DNA of 64,000 nucleotides from Gemmatimonadota bacterium (lineage in GTDB: Bacteria > Gemmatimonadota > Gemmatimonadetes > Gemmatimonadales > GWC2-71-9): contig QHVC01000044.1 in assembly GCA_003222205.1 (NCBI GenBank), positions 2,510 to 66,509 on the forward strand, given 5' to 3'. Made by a program: the position numbers and the translations under genes. The notes under the pieces were generated by a model. It did not search any database and was not told the DNA's origin. It was given only the letters and a program-made list of their open reading frames with translations. Positions 25,183-33,760 of this stretch are shown here, piece by piece (the first letter of the stretch is position 1; each line of letters begins with the position of its first letter).

Positions 25183-27492
25183 ATGCGCAAATACCTCTGG
25201 CTGCTCATTCCGGCGACGCTCGCGGCGGCGGTCGCGGCACGGCGCCTCGTGCCCGGCGCACTCGCGGGGGGCGACGTGCTCCTCCCCTCAGGCTGGCGCA
25301 TCCATCCCGCCGGCCGACAAGTCCCCGTCGGCACGCTGCCGCTGAACCTCGTCGTGCTCGGTGATGGCTCGCTCGCCGTCACCAACAACGGCTACGCCGC
25401 GAACGGTCTCATGGGAATCGCCCCCGAGTCCGCGGCCGTGACCTGGCTGGTGCCGCTGCGCGCGGCGTGGCTGGGATTGGCCCGCGCGGGCGATACGCTG
25501 TGGGCGAGCGGCGGGGTGACGAGCCGGGTGTACCGTTTCGTGCCCAACGGGTCGGCGTGGACCGCCGACTCGATCGTGCTCGCCGACTCGATGACGCGGC
25601 TGTTCGTGGGCGGCCTTGCCGTCGTGCCCGGCCGTGGACTCATCGCGGCCGTCGGCAACCTCAACGACTCGGTCTACCTCATCGACGCCGCGACGCTCAG
25701 GCGCCGAGGCGCGTTCGCCATCGGGCACAGGCCGTACACCGTCGTCGCCGACTCGAGCCACCTGTACGTGAGCAACTGGGGCGACTCCACGGTGTCGATC
25801 ATCAATCTGTCCGACAGTCCGGCGGTCCGACCGTCCGACCATTTTGTGGGCCCCCATCCCTCGGCGCTGGCCCTGCACGGCCGCGAGCTGTTCGTCGCGC
25901 TCGCGGGCGCGAACGGCGTGGCGCGTGTGGATCTGGCGACGGGCCGCGTGCTGGAACAGCTCACCGTCGCCCTAGCGCCGCGCGCTCCCGTGGGCAGCGA
26001 CCCCAACGCGCTCGCCCTCGCCCCCGACGGCCGCACGCTGTACGTGGCGATGGCCGGCAACAACGCCGTCGCGGTGGTGCGGCTTTCCGCCCGCGCGATG
26101 CGCGTCGTGGGCCTCATTCCCGCCGGCTGGTATCCCACCGCTGTGGCGGTCGCCGCCGACGGCCGCACGCTCTACGTCGCCAACGGCAAGGGACAGGGCT
26201 CCGCGGCGAACGCCGACGGCAAGTACATCGGCAACCTCATCACCGGCTCAGTGTCGATCATCCCTGTGCCGGACTCGGCCGCGTTGGCCAAGTTCACTCG
26301 GCAGGTGTACGCGCTGAGCCCTTACTCGAACCCGCAGATCCGTCCGACGGTCCGACAGTCCGTCCGTCCGACTATTCGGCATGTCGTTTACGTCATCCGT
26401 GAGAACCGCACCTACGACCAGGTATTCGGCGACGTGCCGACGGGGAACGGCGATCCGGCGCTCGCGATCTTCAACGACAGCGTCACGCCCAACGCCCACG
26501 CCCTCGCCCGGCGCTGGGTGCTGTGCGACAACTTCTATGTGGACGGCGAGGTCAGCGCCGACGGCCACCAGTGGTCCACGCGTGCATTCGCGGGCGACTA
26601 CAACGAGAAGACGTGGCCGGCGATCTACGGCGGCCGCCGCAACGACAACCTCGAGGACGGCGAGGACGTGAAGAACCCGCGCGACGCGTATCTCTGGGAC
26701 GCGGCGCGGCGCAAGGGGCTGTGGGTCGTCAACTTCGGCGAGTTCACCGATGCGGATTCGAGCCACCACTACGACTCGAAGATCAGCGGGCTCAAAGGCA
26801 TTACCGCGGCCAACTACCCGGGCTGGGACCTGGCGATCGCGGACACCGTGCGCGCGCGCCTGTTCGCCGACTCGGTGGACAGCTGGGACCGGCAGGGCCG
26901 CTTCCCCGACCTCGTGGTCCTGTACCTGCCGCGCGACCACACCGAGGGCCGCCGCGGCGGCGCCCTCACGCCGCGCGCGATGGTGGCCGACAACGATCTC
27001 GCCCTGGGCCGCGTGGTCGCGCGCCTGTCCCGCTCCCCGGCGTGGCGGTCCCTCGCGCTCTTCGCCCTCGAAGACGACGCCCAGAACGGCCCCGACCACG
27101 TCGACGCGCACCGCTCGATCCTCGTCGTCGCGTCGCCATGGGCGCGCCGCGGCGCGGTGGACAGCACCTTCTACACCACCAGCTCCGTGGTGCGCACGAT
27201 CGGCCTGCTCCTCGGGATCGGTCCCCTCAGCCAGTACGATGCCGGCGCTGCGCCGCTCTGGAACGCCTTCGACTCGCGGCCGGACTCGGCACCGTTCCAT
27301 GCCCCGCCCGCACGGTGGCGGCTGGACGAGCGCAACCCGGTCGCCTTCCGTTCCCGCGTCCTCGACCGCGACCTCGCAGGCCCCGACCGCGCAGACGAAG
27401 CAACGCTGAACGCCGAGATCTGGACGAGTGTGCGCCCGCGCGAGCGCGTGCCCACGCCGCGCCGCGCCTTGGGCGTCGCCGCCGGGAACTAG
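25183..27492 (+). CDS. Secreted fusion protein: YVTN/YncE-like beta-propeller + phosphoesterase (phospholipase C / acid phosphatase family) domain
   Basis: Signal MRKYLWLLIPATLAAAVA. Propeller repeats (LYVSNWGDSTVSII, LYVAMAGNNAVAVV, LYVANGKGQG) are followed by VVYVIRENRTYDQVFGD and VSADGHQWS phosphoesterase motifs. Contains two in-frame GTCCGACN arrays. Confidence 0.8.
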   Translation: MRKYLWLLIPATLAAAVAARRLVPGALAGGDVLLPSGWRIHPAGRQVPVGTLPLNLVVLGDGSLAVTNNGYAANGLMGIAPESAAVTWLVPLRAAWLGLARAGDTLWASGGVTSRVYRFVPNGSAWTADSIVLADSMTRLFVGGLAVVPGRGLIAAVGNLNDSVYLIDAATLRRRGAFAIGHRPYTVVADSSHLYVSNWGDSTVSIINLSDSPAVRPSDHFVGPHPSALALHGRELFVALAGANGVARVDLATGRVLEQLTVALAPRAPVGSDPNALALAPDGRTLYVAMAGNNAVAVVRLSARAMRVVGLIPAGWYPTAVAVAADGRTLYVANGKGQGSAANADGKYIGNLITGSVSIIPVPDSAALAKFTRQVYALSPYSNPQIRPTVRQSVRPTIRHVVYVIRENRTYDQVFGDVPTGNGDPALAIFNDSVTPNAHALARRWVLCDNFYVDGEVSADGHQWSTRAFAGDYNEKTWPAIYGGRRNDNLEDGEDVKNPRDAYLWDAARRKGLWVVNFGEFTDADSSHHYDSKISGLKGITAANYPGWDLAIADTVRARLFADSVDSWDRQGRFPDLVVLYLPRDHTEGRRGGALTPRAMVADNDLALGRVVARLSRSPAWRSLALFALEDDAQNGPDHVDAHRSILVVASPWARRGAVDSTFYTTSSVVRTIGLLLGIGPLSQYDAGAAPLWNAFDSRPDSAPFHAPPARWRLDERNPVAFRSRVLDRDLAGPDRADEATLNAEIWTSVRPRERVPTPRRALGVAAGN
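25809..25840 (+). repeat. In-frame octamer array GTCCGACN x4 in the propeller domain
   Basis: gtccgaca gtccggcg gtccgacc gtccgacc, encoding ...LSDSPAVRPSDH... Confidence 0.9.
26342..26373 (+). repeat. In-frame octamer array GTCCGACN x4 in the propeller/phosphoesterase linker
   Basis: gtccgacg gtccgaca gtccgtcc gtccgact, encoding ...RPTVRQSVRPT... immediately before the VVYVIRENRTYD domain start. Confidence 0.9.
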
Positions 27493-28796
27493 AGCCGGGC
27501 GAGATCTCCGAGGTCTTCCGGGCGCGCGAGGTGTACATGTGCGACCCGGCGCTGCTTCGCGAGCAGCGCCCGGATATCGCCGAGCGCCTGCGCGTGTTTC
27601 AACTCTCCGAAGCTGCGCTGCATCTCGGGGATCCCCACGTCCTCCGCGTCGTCCGCGGTCACCACCAGGAACAATCCGGTGTTGGGCCCTCCCTTGTGGA
27701 GCTGACCTGTCGAGTGGAGGTAGCGTGGACCGAACGCTGCGGTCGTGACACACCCCAGCGCATCCCCCCATGCGGTGCGCACCCGTTCCATCGCGGTCGC
27801 GACCGCCGGGCGCGGCGGCAGGTAAGCGAGCAGCGCCACGTAGTCCCCCGGCCGCGCCGCCGCGCGCAACGCCCGCGGCGACAAGGTGCGAGGAATCTCC
27901 GCCCGCTCTCCCCGCGGTCGCTGCAGCTCGGCACGCGCGAACGCTTTCGCCGCTTCCACGTCGGGCTGGTCGAACGCGTTTACGCCCAGCTGCTCGCACA
28001 ACGCCCACGTGGCGTGCTCCCACCGCAGGAACTCGGCGCCCAGGTCCAGCGGGTCCGCGGAGAACTCGGTGACGGCCTGCACATCCGCCGTCGCGGCATT
28101 CCCCCCGACGACCGGGATCACCCCCTTGCCGTTCTTGCCCGAGCTTTCCGCCACCAGCTGCTCGATCCAGTCGGCGAGCCGCGCAACCGGCGGCGGCGGC
28201 CGGAGCGCCACCTTGTCGCGCCCGCCGAGCGCCGCCGCGGCTACCGCGCGACCACACTGCTGCGCTGCTTGCGCGTCGACGCGGGCCGCGCGCGCGAGCA
28301 GCTCCGGGCCGTCCACCTCCACCAACGCCGCCGGCAGCATGCCCACGACGGTCAGCGCCGCGTAGCGCCCGCCGACATCCGGCGGATGCGCGAAGACCGC
28401 CCGAAAGCCCGCCCGCCGCGCAAGCGTCTCCAGGGGACTTCCGGGATCGGTGACCGCGACGAACTGCCCGGCGGCGGCGCGCGCCGCGAAGTAGCGGTAC
28501 GCCGCGAGCGTCTCAACGGTGGTGCCGGACTTGCTGGCGATGAGGAATAGCGTGCGCGCGAGCGGCGCCCGGCGCTCGGCGTCGAGCACCGCGCCGGGAT
28601 CGGTGCTGTCCAGCACGTCGAAGGCCGTGGCGCCGAACGCCTGCGCCAGCACCGCCGGCGCCAGGCTCGAGCCGCCCATACCGCAGAGCAGTACGCGCGT
28701 CAGGCCCTCGTCCCGCACCGCGGCGGCGAATGCGGCCAGCTCCGGCCACTGCGCGCGCGACGCCCGGGGCGCATCGATCCAGCCCAGCCCGCTCAT
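27489..28796 (-). CDS. pgi: Glucose-6-phosphate isomerase (short bacterial type)
   Basis: LLCGMGGSSLAPAVLA, FLIASKSGTTVETL and GGRYAALTVVGMLPAAL, the SIS/PGI motifs. 435 aa. Confidence 0.8.
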   Translation of the reverse strand: MSGLGWIDAPRASRAQWPELAAFAAAVRDEGLTRVLLCGMGGSSLAPAVLAQAFGATAFDVLDSTDPGAVLDAERRAPLARTLFLIASKSGTTVETLAAYRYFAARAAAGQFVAVTDPGSPLETLARRAGFRAVFAHPPDVGGRYAALTVVGMLPAALVEVDGPELLARAARVDAQAAQQCGRAVAAAALGGRDKVALRPPPPVARLADWIEQLVAESSGKNGKGVIPVVGGNAATADVQAVTEFSADPLDLGAEFLRWEHATWALCEQLGVNAFDQPDVEAAKAFARAELQRPRGERAEIPRTLSPRALRAAARPGDYVALLAYLPPRPAVATAMERVRTAWGDALGCVTTAAFGPRYLHSTGQLHKGGPNTGLFLVVTADDAEDVGIPEMQRSFGELKHAQALGDIRALLAKQRRVAHVHLARPEDLGDLARL

Positions 28797-28869
28797 GGCG
28801 GCCGAAACTTAATGGGCCGGGGCCTCCCTCGCCCTCCGCGCCGCCGTTAGGTTAGCCTCACAGGTTCCC

Positions 28870-30612
28870 GTGCTCCTCCGCGGCCGGCTCTCCCGATCCC
28901 TCTTCGCGACGTCCGCCCTCTCGCTCGCCGCCGCGGTGGTCGCCTACCTCATCGCGCCGCACGAGCTCTGGTCCCGAGCCCTGATCGCGGGATTGCTGGT
29001 CATCGCGGGCGGCTTGCTCGGCCTGCAGGTGGTGTCCACCCTCCGCGCCGACCGCCGCTATGCGACGCTGCTCGAGCGCGAAGTCGCCGCGCAGACCCGC
29101 TCGCTGATGGATTCGCTCGCCGCCACCGCCGCCGCCGAGCACAACGTCCGCTCGCTGATGGAGGCCGTCCCCGACGCCATCGTCGTGCTCGACCCGGAAG
29201 GCCGGGTCCTCGACCAGAACCCCTCGGCACGCGCCATGGTCGCGGTGCATCCGCCGCCGGGGACGCCCCCCGGCCACTCGGCGTTCGAGTCTCTCGATCG
29301 GCACGCCGCCGCGCACGTGCGGACGAACCTCGACGCGGCGTTTCGCGGCGAGGTGCGCCGGTTCGAGGTCCCCTTCACCCACACGGACGGCGGCATGGGG
29401 ATGCGCAGCGTCATCTACGCCCCCGTGCGCGAGGGCGGGAAGATCCGCAAGGTCCTGGCCCTCGTGCGCGACGTGAGCGAGCAGCGGCGTACCGATGCGC
29501 AGCTGCAGCAAGCCGAGAAGCTCGCGGCGATGGGCCAGCTCGTCAGCGGCGTCGCCCACGAGATCAACAATCCCGCGGCGATCATCTCCGGATTTGCCGA
29601 GACCCTGCTCCTCGGCGACATGGACGAGGAGCAGCGCGACATGGTGCGGATGATCCGCGACGAGGCCCAGCGCATCGGCCGCATCACGTCCAACCTCCTC
29701 GCGTTCGCGCGCAGCGGCGGCAAGGAGCGGGGCCTCGTCGACCTGAACGACATCGTGCAGCGCACCTTCGCCCTGCGCTCCTACTACCTCACGACGCTGA
29801 ACATTCTGGTGAAACTCGATCTCGATCCCGACAGCCCCAGGACCTGGGCGAACGGGTCGGAGATGCAGCAGCTGCTGCTCAACCTGTTGATCAACGCCGA
29901 GCAGGCGTTGCTGACCGTGCCCCCGCCCCGCAGCATCGTGCTCCGCACCCGGACGGTCGACCAGAATGTGCTGCTGCAGTGTGTGGACACGGGCCCGGGC
30001 GTGGCGCCGGAGCTCCGGTCCAAGATCTTCGATCCCTTCTTCACAACGAAGCCCGAGGGCGTGGGCACAGGCCTCGGCCTCTCCATCTGCTATGGCATCG
30101 CCCGCGACCATGGGGGCAGTATCTGGGTGGACTCCACGCCCGGCGCCGGCGCGACGTTCACGGTGTCGCTCCCACGCGACCCCCGCGCTGCGCCGCGGCC
30201 CGCCGCTCCCCCGCCGGAGCCGGCCACGGCGCCCGCCCCGCACCTCAAAGTGCTCGTCGTGGACGACGAGGTCGGGCTGCGACACGCCGTGGTCAGTTTC
30301 CTGGAGCGCCGCGGGTTCGCAGCGCTCGGCGTGGGCGACGGACGGGAGGCGCTGGAGACGCTGGGGCGCGAGTCCCCGCCCCCGGACGTCATCGTCACGG
30401 ACGTGCGGATGCCCGGCATGGGAGGCCGGGAGTTCCTTGCGCGCCTGCGCGCCGAGCACCCCCAGCTCGCACGCCGGCTCGTGTTCTCCACCGGCGACAC
30501 CTTCGCACCAGAGACTGCGGCGCTGTTGCAGGAAGCCGGGGGCGCGGTGCTCGTGAAGCCCTTCGATTTCTCGCAGCTCGAGACCGTGATCCGCGCTATC
30601 GCCGCGGCCTGA
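28870..30612 (+). CDS. Hybrid sensor histidine kinase / response regulator
   Basis: Two N-terminal TM segments. PAS-like SLMEAVPDAIVVLDPEGRVLDQNPSARAMV, H-box VSGVAHEINNPAAII, N/G boxes LLNLLINAEQAL, DTGPGV and GVGTGLGLSI. C-terminal receiver KVLVVDDE...VTDVRMPGMGG. GTG start. Confidence 0.85.
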   Translation: MLLRGRLSRSLFATSALSLAAAVVAYLIAPHELWSRALIAGLLVIAGGLLGLQVVSTLRADRRYATLLEREVAAQTRSLMDSLAATAAAEHNVRSLMEAVPDAIVVLDPEGRVLDQNPSARAMVAVHPPPGTPPGHSAFESLDRHAAAHVRTNLDAAFRGEVRRFEVPFTHTDGGMGMRSVIYAPVREGGKIRKVLALVRDVSEQRRTDAQLQQAEKLAAMGQLVSGVAHEINNPAAIISGFAETLLLGDMDEEQRDMVRMIRDEAQRIGRITSNLLAFARSGGKERGLVDLNDIVQRTFALRSYYLTTLNILVKLDLDPDSPRTWANGSEMQQLLLNLLINAEQALLTVPPPRSIVLRTRTVDQNVLLQCVDTGPGVAPELRSKIFDPFFTTKPEGVGTGLGLSICYGIARDHGGSIWVDSTPGAGATFTVSLPRDPRAAPRPAAPPPEPATAPAPHLKVLVVDDEVGLRHAVVSFLERRGFAALGVGDGREALETLGRESPPPDVIVTDVRMPGMGGREFLARLRAEHPQLARRLVFSTGDTFAPETAALLQEAGGAVLVKPFDFSQLETVIRAIAAA

Positions 30613-33235
30613 GCGGCACCTCGACCCCGGACGCGCCGACGCCATTGACCGTCGGGGTCAGCGTGAGGCGGACCGGCACGGCGTCCATGCCCAGCACCTC
30701 GAGCGCCCGCGGATCCACGGTGAGATCGTAGTCCCCCGGCTTGACGCCCAACACATAGAACCCGCCGTCACTGAAGGTCGTAAACGTACGACGCGCACCG
30801 GTCCGCCGCTCCGTCAACGTCAACGTCACGCCCGGCACACCGTGGCCGTCGGCGACCACTCGGCCTTCGACCACACCGGCCTGCACGATCGGGACGTCGA
30901 GCAGGGTGAAACGGTTCGGGCCGGGGACCAGACTCACGGACCCGTACGCGGGGACGGTCAGCGGCGACTCCAGGCTCAGCGAGTCCACCGACACGAGGAT
31001 TGTCTCGAACGGCACGACATCCCATACACGGAAAACGCCGTTGGAATCGGCGGCGGCGCCGCGGGTCCCCACTTGCACCCGGACCCCCGGCAAGAGCGGC
31101 TCGCCCGGGTCGAGCCGGCCGTTGCCGTTCTGGTCGAGAAACACCCGCCCGGCGACTCCCGAGCGCTCCAACGAAGGCCCTGGGGCCGTCCGCACCAGCC
31201 CCGTCGCCCGGTCCCACAGCAACGAGCCCTGCACGAACTGGGTGCCGGTGGCCGCGCCGCCCGCCCGGGCGTCCACAGCCGTGACGCTCCGGAGGGCCGG
31301 GAGGACTGAAGTCAGGAAGAGATGATAGACCGCGCCGGGGCTGCCCCGCGTCCACGATGTCCCGAGCTCCAACCGCACCCCCGGCCACAGCGGCCTGCCG
31401 GCGAAGGCTTCGAAGCTCGCCAGGCGCGCCGGTCCGTCCAGCGCTTCACTCACCGCTCCGCGCAGCCATACCGATCCCAGTAGCCGACCCCACGACGACC
31501 GCGGCAACACGTAGGTGGAGAGGGCCATCGCGGTTCGGGCCGGCTGGCCTGGATCCCAGCGGGTGCGCACCTCCGGGAGGAGCCGCATTTCGCCCGTCTG
31601 AACCGAGGCGCCGAGACGCGCTTGCGTTTGGGCGCCGGCGGTGGTCAGCGTGCGTTCGAGGGCCCCATCGAAGAAAAAGTACCCCGCGCTCGGCATCGGC
31701 CGGACGAACGCGTCGAGCGTCCACCGGGCCGTGCGACCCGCCAGCGTGAGGATCGGGGCGCGCGTGCCGGTCGCGAAGCGCGTGTAGCCACCCGTCAGCC
31801 GCAGGTCCACCGTGGGCTCGAACCGCACCTCGCCCGTCGCGAACGCGCCCTGCACCGCCATCGCGTCGACCGCCCACGCGTTCGTGGGGTTCGTCGTGAC
31901 GCCGATGTACGGATGGGACAGGTCCCCGAGAGAATCGCGCCAGAACCGGTCGTACCCGAGCTGCACGGTCCAGCGGTCGCCGCCGCCGTAGCGGAGATCG
32001 AGGTTCGCGACGCTCCGGCACTGCAGCGTCCGACAGGAGCCGCCCGACGCGCCGTATTCGAAGCGCTTGGCCGGGAGCAGCTCGCTCAAGACGCGGTACG
32101 TGCGATTGAACTGACGCAGCTCCCCCAACGGACCGTAGGCGAGGAAATCCACGGGGTTCTCACCGTAGCGCACCGGCAGCTCGATCGCGTACCGCCCCCC
32201 GGCGTCGGCCGAATCCACGGCCACCAGCTCCCCGCCGCGATACGCTTCGATCGACCACCCCGGCGCCAACTCTCCCACGTACTGCTGGCTGCCGATGAGC
32301 GACGGGCGGACGAACGGCGCGTTGGTGAGGGACAGGCCGCGGATCTGAAACAGGTTCGGGCCCGTGGTGACGCCGTCCCCAACGCGCACCTGCCGGAGCC
32401 ATGACCGCTCCTCCCATACCCCCGTCCACGACCCCTCCAGCCGGGCTGCGCCCGAGTGCACGGGACCGAGACTCGCGACGCCCAGTTCCAGCGACCCGCC
32501 GAGCAGATCCGCACCCAGCGTCGCCGTGTAGGTAGCGCCCTGCACCGGCGCCTCGCTCGGCGCCAGCACCGAGTAGTCGAGGACGAGCCCGTCGAGGCGC
32601 CGACGTTCCGCGGGAAGCGCGAGCTCGGCGCTCTGCAACTCGACGCGGCGCAGGAACGCCTCGCGCGCCGCCTGGCGCTGCGCTCGCAGCCCCGCGGGGA
32701 ACACCGTGGGATCCACGATCGCAACCGTCAGGTCGGTCCAGTCGACGAGGATCGGGGTGCTGAAGAGGTCGCCGAGCCGCTCCGCGCCCACATACAAGAG
32801 CCCATCGCGAAACAGCAGAAACTCAGGTTCAATCCGCACCCGGCGCTCGCCCAGGATCATGGTGTCGCGATGCGCGTCGATGACCAGCCGGCGACCGCCG
32901 GGATTCATTACCGCATCGAGCCGGCCCTCGGGGGAAAGCCGGTACGCGACCTCACCGAGCTGAAGGACTTCCGTGATCGGGACGAGCGCCTCGGTTCGCG
33001 CGCGGAACGCCTGCACCGTGCGACTCGCCAAGCGCCCCATGCGCAGCTCGACGATCACCGCCTCCACGGAATCGGCGCCAGCGACGGTGTCGCTCATGGC
33101 GGAGGAGACAAACCGGACCGGACTGCCGTTGGGCGCCGTCGGGGCTACAGAGCTGCCGCCGAGTCGAGGCCCTGCGAAGCCGGCCAGCAGCACGAGCGGC
33201 GCAACAACGAACGCCGTGCTCCGGCCGGTACGCAT
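30596..33235 (-). CDS. Outer-membrane usher-like protein of the pilus operon (879 aa)
   Basis: Signal MRTGRSTAFVVAPLVLLAGFAG. The middle region GELAPGWSIEAYRGGELVAVDSADAGGRYAIELPVRYGENPVDFLAYGPLGELRQFNRTY reads like an usher plug domain, flanked by amphipathic beta-strand sequence. The C-terminus has two Ig/CarboxypepD_reg-like modules (GRVFLDQNGNGRLDPGEPLLPGVRV; GRVVADGHGVPGVTLTL...GFYVLGVKPGDYDLTV). Last gene of the operon, 3 nt after subunit C. Confidence 0.55.
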   Translation of the reverse strand: MRTGRSTAFVVAPLVLLAGFAGPRLGGSSVAPTAPNGSPVRFVSSAMSDTVAGADSVEAVIVELRMGRLASRTVQAFRARTEALVPITEVLQLGEVAYRLSPEGRLDAVMNPGGRRLVIDAHRDTMILGERRVRIEPEFLLFRDGLLYVGAERLGDLFSTPILVDWTDLTVAIVDPTVFPAGLRAQRQAAREAFLRRVELQSAELALPAERRRLDGLVLDYSVLAPSEAPVQGATYTATLGADLLGGSLELGVASLGPVHSGAARLEGSWTGVWEERSWLRQVRVGDGVTTGPNLFQIRGLSLTNAPFVRPSLIGSQQYVGELAPGWSIEAYRGGELVAVDSADAGGRYAIELPVRYGENPVDFLAYGPLGELRQFNRTYRVLSELLPAKRFEYGASGGSCRTLQCRSVANLDLRYGGGDRWTVQLGYDRFWRDSLGDLSHPYIGVTTNPTNAWAVDAMAVQGAFATGEVRFEPTVDLRLTGGYTRFATGTRAPILTLAGRTARWTLDAFVRPMPSAGYFFFDGALERTLTTAGAQTQARLGASVQTGEMRLLPEVRTRWDPGQPARTAMALSTYVLPRSSWGRLLGSVWLRGAVSEALDGPARLASFEAFAGRPLWPGVRLELGTSWTRGSPGAVYHLFLTSVLPALRSVTAVDARAGGAATGTQFVQGSLLWDRATGLVRTAPGPSLERSGVAGRVFLDQNGNGRLDPGEPLLPGVRVQVGTRGAAADSNGVFRVWDVVPFETILVSVDSLSLESPLTVPAYGSVSLVPGPNRFTLLDVPIVQAGVVEGRVVADGHGVPGVTLTLTERRTGARRTFTTFSDGGFYVLGVKPGDYDLTVDPRALEVLGMDAVPVRLTLTPTVNGVGASGVEVPLRPRR

Positions 33236-33238
33236 CGA

Positions 33239-33760
33239 TCAGTAGGACAGCGACACGATGATCGTCCCCTGGTAGATGCCGGGTTTCGCCGCCGCTGCAG
33301 GGGTCACCGTGCCGCCGATCCAGATGTACATGTTCGGGTTGGCCGGCGGGCCGAGGCGCCCTACCGTGCCGACGCTGGGGTTGAACGTGGTGGCGCCCGC
33401 CGGGCTGTTGGTGGCGCGGCGCCACAGCGCCGATGTCGCGCTGAAGGCGATCGGCATCGTCGAACCGGGTTGCGCCTGGATGTTGGTGAGCTGGGTTGGC
33501 AGCGTGAAGCTGATGTTCACGAAGGCGTTGGCGTTCCCTGTGACCTGCCATTCGCCGGCCGCGGCCTGGTTGGGTGCAACCGCGGTCGCCACGCCCTTGG
33601 GCACCGACCCGAAGTTCAGCTGCGAGAGCGTCGCAATCGTCATCCCCACGGTCACGACCACCGCGTCGGCCGAGATGGTGGCGGCGTTCTGCCCTGCCGC
33701 CGGGTGTGTCCCCGCGGCGGCCAGGACGCCGAGCACGATCCCCAGCCGGCGCGGTGTCAC
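33239..33760 (-). CDS. Pilus subunit C, DUF4402/SCPU-like secreted protein
   Basis: GTG 33760 forms a GTGA overlap with the chaperone stop. Signal RRLGIVLGVLAAAG. Shares LNFGSVPKGV, AGEWQVTGNANAFVNISFTLP and the C-terminal KPGIYQGTIIVSLSY with the two paralogs. Confidence 0.6.
   Translation of the reverse strand: MTPRRLGIVLGVLAAAGTHPAAGQNAATISADAVVVTVGMTIATLSQLNFGSVPKGVATAVAPNQAAAGEWQVTGNANAFVNISFTLPTQLTNIQAQPGSTMPIAFSATSALWRRATNSPAGATTFNPSVGTVGRLGPPANPNMYIWIGGTVTPAAAAKPGIYQGTIIVSLSY

Noticed and set aside
23249-25345. 698-aa plus-strand ORF antisense to GH38. Similar long antisense ORFs: 26248..28257, 28858..30645, 58385..60538, 60557..61801
   Set aside because: All lie opposite well-supported genes, have Arg-rich low-complexity translations, and lack start-site context.
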